Positions 25,729-31,501 of a DNA stretch of 31,501 bases are shown in pieces. Source of the stretch: a virus (taxonomy: Duplodnaviria > Caudoviricetes). Both the position numbers and the translations under genes were made by a program. The DNA lies in the IMG/VR virus record IMGVR_UViG_3300017713_000042, positions 1 through 31,501 of that record. The stretch is one strand, 5' to 3'. Within the stretch, counting starts at the first letter, position 1, and the number at the start of each line of letters is the position of its first letter. The notes under the pieces are model-generated. The model did no database searches. It was not told the DNA's origin and saw only the letters and a program-made list of their open reading frames with translations.

Positions 25729-26937
25729 ATGGGCCGTCTCGGTAAGAAAAAAATCATAGATAAAAACGTCTATGAGTTGGCTATTGAGCGTATTCACAGA
25801 GCGTATGATCGCTTTGATACCGTTGCTGTTATGTTTAGCGGCGGCAAGGATTCAACGGCGTGTCTGATGTTGACTTTAGGGGTGGCGCAGGAGCGAGGAA
25901 TCAAAAAAGTTCCTGTTCATCACTTTGATGAAGAAGCCATCCCATATGATACAGAAGAATATGTCAGGCGCGTTTCTCAAATGCCGATGGTTGATATGTA
26001 TTGGTGGTGTTTGCCTGTCAGACATAGAAATGCTTGCTCAGTAAAAGAGCCTTGGTGGTTTCCTTGGGGGCCAGAAGATGAGCATAAGTGGGTCAGGCCG
26101 ATGCCGTCAGAGGGATTAAGCCATATAGATGGCTTGCCAACTGATCCTGATAAACGCCTAACTATACCAGAAATCAATGGATACATATTCTCTCCAGAGA
26201 AGCACGGAAACGTAGGCATAATCATGGGTATAAGAGCCGATGAGAGCCTTACTAGAACCAGAGCTATCCTGAACAGCAAAAAACGTGAAGATAAGCACAT
26301 CATCAAATATGATGAGGGATCATCACAGGGAAATATCTACAAGGTCTATCCAGTTTATGATTGGAACACCAAAGATATATGGACTGCACCGCGAAAGTTT
26401 GGTTGGGACTATAATCACGCTTATGATCGTATGGATAAGGGCGGTATAAGCCCTAATGCTCAGCGTTGTGCGCCTCCGTATGGTGAGGAGCCTATGCGTG
26501 GCTTGCATCAGTTCAGGGAGCTTTGGCCGGATATATGGGATAAAATGCAGACCAGAGTAGCGGGTGCTGCAACAGCCGCCAGATACTCTACTACAGTTCT
26601 TTATTCTTATGGCAAGACCCCTGCCAAGCCAGAAAATATGTCGTGGCATGATTTTATAAAGTTTTGGGTTGATAAGCATCCAGAGCCATACAAGACCCAA
26701 GTAGCTGAGAGAATACGGGGGTTCATACAGAATCACTACGGCAAGACTAATGAGCCATTGATGGATAAAATTGCTCACCCACGCACAGGCGTATCATGGG
26801 ATTTTCTTTTAAAGATAGCTGTGAGGGGTGATTTCAAAGGCAGGAAACAGCCAACCATACAAGGCGGTACTGAGGAAGCCCTCAAGCAAAAAAGGAAATA
26901 TGATGAAGCAAGGTTCAGAAGCCCAACCCATAAATAG
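25729..26937 (+). CDS. PAPS-reductase-family PP-loop protein (IbrA/YbdN-like; DndC/SspD superfamily)
   Basis: FSGGKDS PP-loop; DEEA; GIRADES..R; YPVYDW...DIW; YN..YD.M...G.....QR...PYG. Confidence 0.88.
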   Translation: MGRLGKKKIIDKNVYELAIERIHRAYDRFDTVAVMFSGGKDSTACLMLTLGVAQERGIKKVPVHHFDEEAIPYDTEEYVRRVSQMPMVDMYWWCLPVRHRNACSVKEPWWFPWGPEDEHKWVRPMPSEGLSHIDGLPTDPDKRLTIPEINGYIFSPEKHGNVGIIMGIRADESLTRTRAILNSKKREDKHIIKYDEGSSQGNIYKVYPVYDWNTKDIWTAPRKFGWDYNHAYDRMDKGGISPNAQRCAPPYGEEPMRGLHQFRELWPDIWDKMQTRVAGAATAARYSTTVLYSYGKTPAKPENMSWHDFIKFWVDKHPEPYKTQVAERIRGFIQNHYGKTNEPLMDKIAHPRTGVSWDFLLKIAVRGDFKGRKQPTIQGGTEEALKQKRKYDEARFRSPTHK

Positions 26938-27442
26938 TGTTCAATGGGTCAATAGAGATACCCTTCACGCCAACTCATACAATCCTAACAAGGTTGCTCC
27001 TGTTGAGCTTGAATTACTGGTACAGTCAATCCTGACTTGCGGGTGGACTCAGCCTGTGGTTATCAGATCAAACAATGAAATCGTAGATGGGTTTCATAGG
27101 TGGTTGGTTTCTGGTGATGATCGGGTAGCTGAATATACAGGTGGCATGGTTCCTGTTGTGATGTTGCCTGATGATATGGGTATGGCTGAACAGGTTTCAG
27201 CAACTATTACCCATAACAGGGCCAGAGGTAGCCATTTTGTTATGAGCATGGCTGATATTGTTAGAAGCCTGAAGGATGAGCAGGGCGTTGATGATAAATG
27301 GATTCAACAGCATCTAGGCATGGAGCCGGATGAAATAGAGCGTCTTTATGACAATGCAGGATCGCCTGATACGAAAGGCGACCCTGATGATGAGTTTGAA
27401 GATGGATGGGTTCCTGACTTTAGCAGAATGGAGGGCGGTTAA
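26903..27442 (+). CDS. ParB-like protein (IbrB/YbdM-like)
   Basis: V.WV....L.AN.YNPN.VAP.E..LL..SI...GWTQP.V...IVDGFHRW...ATI.HNRARG.H; AAGGA SD before ATG 26900/26903. Confidence 0.88.
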   Translation: MKQGSEAQPINSVQWVNRDTLHANSYNPNKVAPVELELLVQSILTCGWTQPVVIRSNNEIVDGFHRWLVSGDDRVAEYTGGMVPVVMLPDDMGMAEQVSATITHNRARGSHFVMSMADIVRSLKDEQGVDDKWIQQHLGMEPDEIERLYDNAGSPDTKGDPDDEFEDGWVPDFSRMEGG

Positions 27443-27888
27443 GCCCTATACCTTTTGGGTATGTGTCCATCATTACTGTCGTATTCATTAGTAAATTCCA
27501 AGGCTTGTTGTAGATACTTTAAATCCACACCAAAATCCTCATACCCACGAGCAATACCATCTAGGTACATCTTTGGCGGCATAGCCAACCCATCACGGTT
27601 CATGGTGTAGGCCATATAGACAATACCATCGCCGCCTTGCCAGTATTGCTTGCCATAAAGACTAGGGAAGCCTTCATATATATCAAGGCTGTCCTCACAA
27701 GCCTTTGTAATCTTCCACATTGCCACGGGGCATAGGAAGCCCGTTGCGGGTATAATGTCAGCAACGCCGCGAAACACCAGCCGCCATTCAGGCAAAAGCA
27801 TCGCTCCTAAAGGTTTTGCGTCAGGGCATCTTTGAGCCATCTGACCTTTGTCCATGTTTGATCCATATGCCATGTAAATGATATCCAT
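27439..27888 (-). CDS. Gamma-glutamylcyclotransferase (GGCT/AIG2-like)
   Basis: Y.AYGSNM...QM..RCP.A...L.FRGVADI...W.I....E..LD.YEG.P..Y. Confidence 0.9.
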   Translation of the reverse strand: MDIIYMAYGSNMDKGQMAQRCPDAKPLGAMLLPEWRLVFRGVADIIPATGFLCPVAMWKITKACEDSLDIYEGFPSLYGKQYWQGGDGIVYMAYTMNRDGLAMPPKMYLDGIARGYEDFGVDLKYLQQALEFTNEYDSNDGHIPKRYRA

Positions 27889-28124
27889 TAGTTCATCTCC
27901 CATTTGGTGAGCAGTTTGTTGTCCAACAGTGACTGCACAAAAGTATCTGGTGTCGTGGGGTCAAGTTGTGCATCGCAATATAATCTGGTCCAAACGCACA
28001 TCTGTTTCATAAAGTCGTTAGCATCCTTAGTTTCAATTATGGTGTCGTTCCTATAACGCTCAACTAAGGTGGCCGCATCTGATGCTACAAATGAACGGCC
28101 ATCATAAGTTATCCAATAGTTCAT
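27888..28124 (-). CDS. Small hypothetical protein in the amidoligase operon
   Basis: TAATG-coupled on both sides. Confidence 0.75.
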   Translation of the reverse strand: MNYWITYDGRSFVASDAATLVERYRNDTIIETKDANDFMKQMCVWTRLYCDAQLDPTTPDTFVQSLLDNKLLTKWEMN

Positions 28125-28978
28125 TATGAATTCCTATCAGCGAGTTCCTTTGCCCGCTTTTTGAAAAAGATACGGGTGGAGGCACTAATGCCCCCAACCC
28201 GCACAAGTCCTCCAAGAAGGGTGTCGAGTACCTTGCTTGGAGACGGAGAAACTGAGAAGTTTTTGACAGCCTTGCCGTTATCTGCATCAGCAATCATTGC
28301 GCCAGTGAGTGCAATCCAATTCAAAACCTTGGCTTCATCAAATGTACCGGAGTGCTGGCGGATCTCTAATGTGCCAGTGCGGTGAAACTTGGCAAGGTTC
28401 AGCTTGCAATATCTGCTGTGGCTACCCTGTATCATTTCACGCAACTGACCGACTGAGCGACAGCGATCAATGCGATCAAACATATGGGCGACCAAGACCT
28501 CTGTTTCGGCTGTGTTGTCTGTGTATGTTGGCAAGGCATAAACAGACTTACAGTAATAAGCATTATCTGCGCGGCGTGACTTTGGCTGAGTGATATCAAT
28601 ACCACGCTCAAACTTTGACCAACGCTTATAAAAATTACGGAAGTGCTTAATACGCCAATCAGATACACCCCAATGAATGTGAAAGCCACAAGACTTGTTG
28701 GCATCACCACCGTTTGCGCGAACAATCTGAAGTACCTTTTTTACTTCTAAGATGCCGGTTATGCCAGACAGTACAGGGGATACAACTTCAAAGCCGTGAC
28801 TACCGCTGATTGATCCATCTGGCTTTACTTGCCACACGCGATAATTGGAGCCAGAGTAAGTGGATGACTGAGCGTTGATGCCAGCGGCCCGCAAGCGATC
28901 CACAAGGGTGTGTATTGGAATACCGAATCCCTCAAACTCAACACCGAATGTGCGTGATGTGGTGGGTGTAATGGTCAT
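28124..28978 (-). CDS. Putative amidoligase (COOH-NH2 ligase, glutamine-synthetase-like fold)
   Basis: TFGVEFE; W.VKPDGSI...FEVVSPVL; NKSCGFHIH; RY.KLNL....R.GTLEIRQH.GT. Confidence 0.9.
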   Translation of the reverse strand: MTITPTTSRTFGVEFEGFGIPIHTLVDRLRAAGINAQSSTYSGSNYRVWQVKPDGSISGSHGFEVVSPVLSGITGILEVKKVLQIVRANGGDANKSCGFHIHWGVSDWRIKHFRNFYKRWSKFERGIDITQPKSRRADNAYYCKSVYALPTYTDNTAETEVLVAHMFDRIDRCRSVGQLREMIQGSHSRYCKLNLAKFHRTGTLEIRQHSGTFDEAKVLNWIALTGAMIADADNGKAVKNFSVSPSPSKVLDTLLGGLVRVGGISASTRIFFKKRAKELADRNS

Positions 28979-28984
28979 TTTGAT

Positions 28985-29054
28985 CTCCGTGGTTATTAGG
29001 GGCTGCCCCCTCTCGACATGATTACAATCCCATATCTGTTTACTACTGTCAACA
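28985..29054 (-). promoter_or_regulatory. Early promoter/operator copy 4 plus leader with G/C hairpin
   Basis: TTGACA (29052-29047); palindrome at 29037-29054; AGGGG/CCCCT hairpin at about 28998-29011; AACCACGGAG at 28994-28985; -10 is degenerate. Confidence 0.75.
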
Positions 29055-29087
29055 CATTATCTGTCATTAATAATCAAAACATCATTT

Positions 29088-29465
29088 TTATTTAATTCTC
29101 ATGCAGTGATAGTTGTTTGTGTTCGTTATTCTTCTGGTTCTATGGCATCCAGTGCCATAAATTTTATTCATTGTTTGTGTAAATGCTTTCCTGCCTCTGT
29201 CATTTGGTAAGATCATATAGTCACCTACTTCCATTTGCCTAAGTGTTTTAGACATATTCATCTCATTAGAAAATTTGTATTGCCTCTTCTGAGAAGGCAG
29301 ATGGTCTTTAACAATCTTGCCGCAGGACTCAATCGTTTCAAAAACGCATTTGCAATCAAAGCAAAATTTTAATCTTGATATTTGTGGGCTGGGCCAGAGC
29401 GTAACTGCTTTATTATTGGTTCGCGTGTTGCGACCTCTACAATTTGGGCATGGTATCATGTTCAT
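29088..29465 (-). CDS. Zinc-ribbon protein (NrdR N-terminal/Ogr-like) with basic C-domain
   Basis: CPNC....T...R.K.C.DC...F.T.E. Confidence 0.65.
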   Translation of the reverse strand: MNMIPCPNCRGRNTRTNNKAVTLWPSPQISRLKFCFDCKCVFETIESCGKIVKDHLPSQKRQYKFSNEMNMSKTLRQMEVGDYMILPNDRGRKAFTQTMNKIYGTGCHRTRRITNTNNYHCMRIK

Positions 29466-29570
29466 TCCATTGTCAGGGTTGATTTATCGTGATACTGTAA
29501 AATGCCCCGATATGGGGAGGGCATCAAGCTCTTATGAAACAAACTTGAGAAAAAGTGATAACGAACAGCT

Positions 29571-30137
29571 ATGGCTACCAAGTTTACAGAAGCCCTGAAA
29601 AAGAAAATCAAAGCAGAATTTATTGAGGGCTATATAGATGATGATGGCGTAAGAAATTACCCATCTATTGAAGCATTAGCTAAACGCCACGACGTAAGCA
29701 GGGCCACAATATATAGACACTCAAACCCTAATAAAGAGGATTGGCAGAAAGCCAAGAATCAATACCAATCCAAAATGAGCAAAGAAGTAGAGGAAACTCG
29801 TTTGCGAGATTTGGTAGCGGAAAGCCAAGCCCTAGATAAAAACAGTCTGCAAATTGCACAGGCGTTACTTTCACGGGTTGGTCGTAAGCTGGCTAGGTCA
29901 ATGGAAGATGAAAGAAACAATCCAGAATCCCAAGGACTAAGCCCAGCAGAATTGAGAGAATTATCTCACGTTACAGCTAATGCTCAAAAGATTGGTAAAT
30001 TAGCTTTGGGTGAGGCACAGGAGATTTCAAAGGTATCAGCGGATGTTAGCGCACCAGAATCATACAACAATCTCATCAGACACTTGGAAGGACTTGCCAA
30101 CCAAAAAGCAGCACTTGGCAAGCACACTATTCAGTGA
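29571..30137 (+). CDS. terS: Terminase small subunit
   Basis: N-terminal HTH (SIEALAKRHDVSRATIYR..W); helical; directly upstream of terL. Confidence 0.75.
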   Translation: MATKFTEALKKKIKAEFIEGYIDDDGVRNYPSIEALAKRHDVSRATIYRHSNPNKEDWQKAKNQYQSKMSKEVEETRLRDLVAESQALDKNSLQIAQALLSRVGRKLARSMEDERNNPESQGLSPAELRELSHVTANAQKIGKLALGEAQEISKVSADVSAPESYNNLIRHLEGLANQKAALGKHTIQ

Positions 30138-31341
30138 TTGGGCTGATGTAGCAAGGTATGAGCAGCTACCCTTAGCGGGTGATTGGAATATATGGCTGAT
30201 TCTCGCTGGTCGCGGTTGGGGCAAGACCCGCACGGGTGCAATGGATGTTATTACATACGCCTTACACAACCCAGAGGTTCAGGTGGCAGTTGTTGTGCCT
30301 ACCTTCGGAGACTTGCGGCGAGTGGCCTTCGGAGGGGTATCAGGAATACTTCAAAACATACCAAAGGAACTTTTGTTAGAAGGCAGGGGGCAGGGGTACA
30401 ATGCTGCCAATCAAGAAATAAGATTGTACAACGGCTCTAAGATAATGGGCTTTTCTGCAACCGAACCAGACCGTTTGAGAGGGCCACAATTCCATAGGGC
30501 TTGGTGCGATGAGCTGGCGGCTTGGTTTTACCCAGAAACATTTGACCAGCTAATGTTTGGCTTGCGTCTAGGTCAAAACCCCAGATGCGTGATAACAACA
30601 ACGCCAAAGCCTACGCCGCTGATAAAGAGTTTGCTAAAGCGCAAAAATGTTCTTGTTACAAGAGGTAGCACATTTGAGAACGCAGCCAATCTTGCGCCAG
30701 CAGCGTTGGAGCAGCTTAAAGAAAAGTACGGTGACACCAGATTAGGTAGGCAGGAGCTTTACGCTGAGGTTCTTGATGATACAGAAGGTGCGCTTTGGAG
30801 CTACTCAATGATTGATGAGGCTAGGGTACAGCCTCAAGATGTGCCGTATTTTGAGCGTGTCATTGTAGCAATTGATCCGGCGGTAACTAGCGGTCAGAAC
30901 TCAGATGAGACTGGAATTGTGGTGTGCGGCAGGGCGTCAAATGGAAGATACTATGTCATTGCTGATGAATCTGGTAGGATGACACCAGATGGTTGGGGCC
31001 GCATGGCTGTTGACTGTTACTATAGGCACAATGCTGATAGAATAGTAGCGGAGACCAACAATGGTGGTGATTTAGTTGAAAGATTGATAAGAAATATTGA
31101 TTCAGAAGTCCCTTATACTTCCGTTCACGCAGCGCGGGGTAAGTTAATAAGGGCAGAGCCGATAGCGGCCTTATATGAACAAAAAAAGGTTTCTCATGCA
31201 GGGGTCTTTTCTGAGCTTGAGGAACAGATGTGTTCATATTCCGTTGGGAGTAGGCAGTCGCCAGATAGACTTGATGCCTTAGTCTGGGCATTAACAGAAC
31301 TAAGCCAGTCCAGTGGGAAGGCGTATTGGAGAATCAGTTAA
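30094..31341 (+). CDS. terL: Terminase large subunit (start uncertain: GTG 30010, TTG 30094 or TTG 30115)
   Basis: Walker A AGRGWGKT; RLRGPQF; Walker B AWCDE; TTTPK; nuclease VAIDPAV...DETGI...SPDRLDALVW. Confidence 0.95.
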   Translation: MPTKKQHLASTLFSDWADVARYEQLPLAGDWNIWLILAGRGWGKTRTGAMDVITYALHNPEVQVAVVVPTFGDLRRVAFGGVSGILQNIPKELLLEGRGQGYNAANQEIRLYNGSKIMGFSATEPDRLRGPQFHRAWCDELAAWFYPETFDQLMFGLRLGQNPRCVITTTPKPTPLIKSLLKRKNVLVTRGSTFENAANLAPAALEQLKEKYGDTRLGRQELYAEVLDDTEGALWSYSMIDEARVQPQDVPYFERVIVAIDPAVTSGQNSDETGIVVCGRASNGRYYVIADESGRMTPDGWGRMAVDCYYRHNADRIVAETNNGGDLVERLIRNIDSEVPYTSVHAARGKLIRAEPIAALYEQKKVSHAGVFSELEEQMCSYSVGSRQSPDRLDALVWALTELSQSSGKAYWRIS

Positions 31342-31501
31342 TGGCTAGCATCAGGGATAGAGTTAGGGCGTTTCTTAACACCCCACAAGAAACAAAAGAA
31401 GCACCGCAAGTCGTATTAAGCACGACAAACACTTACCACTACAGGCGCGACAACTACGAAACCTACGCCAGTGAGGGTTATCAACAGAACGCCATCGTTT
31501 A
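31341..31501 (+). CDS. Portal protein, HK97 family (5' partial)
   Basis: TAATG-coupled to terL; MASIRDRVRAFL...ETKEAP...Y..YASEGYQQNAIV. Confidence 0.8.
   Translation, partial: MASIRDRVRAFLNTPQETKEAPQVVLSTTNTYHYRRDNYETYASEGYQQNAIV

Noticed and set aside
25729-26937. cysH auxiliary metabolic gene for sulfate assimilation
   Set aside because: It is 402 aa, lacks the C-terminal ECGLH motif of true CysH, and has IbrA-like features with an IbrB-like neighbour
24435-27442. Plasmid-prophage partition system
   Set aside because: No ParA ATPase or parS-like array; the ParB domains lack the typical partition HTH/dimerisation architecture
12780-29054. Repeats as a CRISPR array or att sites
   Set aside because: Copies are kilobases apart and coincide with promoter/RBS positions; no cas or integrase genes

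Overview
A 31.5-kb segment of a tailed dsDNA bacteriophage with siphovirus-type architecture. GTA-like tail genes and gene content suggest a marine alphaproteobacterial host (inference). Rightward, 1-10.5 kb: tail-fibre-associated paralogues, head-tail connectors, tail tube, a -1 frameshifted tail chaperone pair, tape measure protein and a lysis cassette. Leftward, 10.4-17.9 kb: early and recombination genes (2OG-Fe(II) oxygenase, SleB-like hydrolase, HTH proteins, SSB-like protein, ERF, PD-(D/E)XK nuclease). Next come a Cro-like gene, a replication initiator with internal iterons and a T7-gp4-like primase-helicase. Following these are a four-gene ParB / cupin / PAPS-reductase-family (IbrA/DndC-like) / ParB (IbrB-like) operon and a convergent amidoligase-GGCT operon, then terminase small and large subunits and the start of the portal. 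Most notable: (1) the ParB-cupin-PP-loop-ParB operon, a candidate uncharacterised phage DNA-modification system; (2) a four-copy promoter/operator palindrome TGTTTAC-N4-GTCAACA paired with a five-copy AACCACGGAG leader that defines dispersed early cassettes; (3) tandem tail-fibre modules joined by identical 13-20 bp junctions. No integrase, tRNA, CRISPR array or reverse transcriptase was seen. All product calls come from motif recognition by eye, without database searches.
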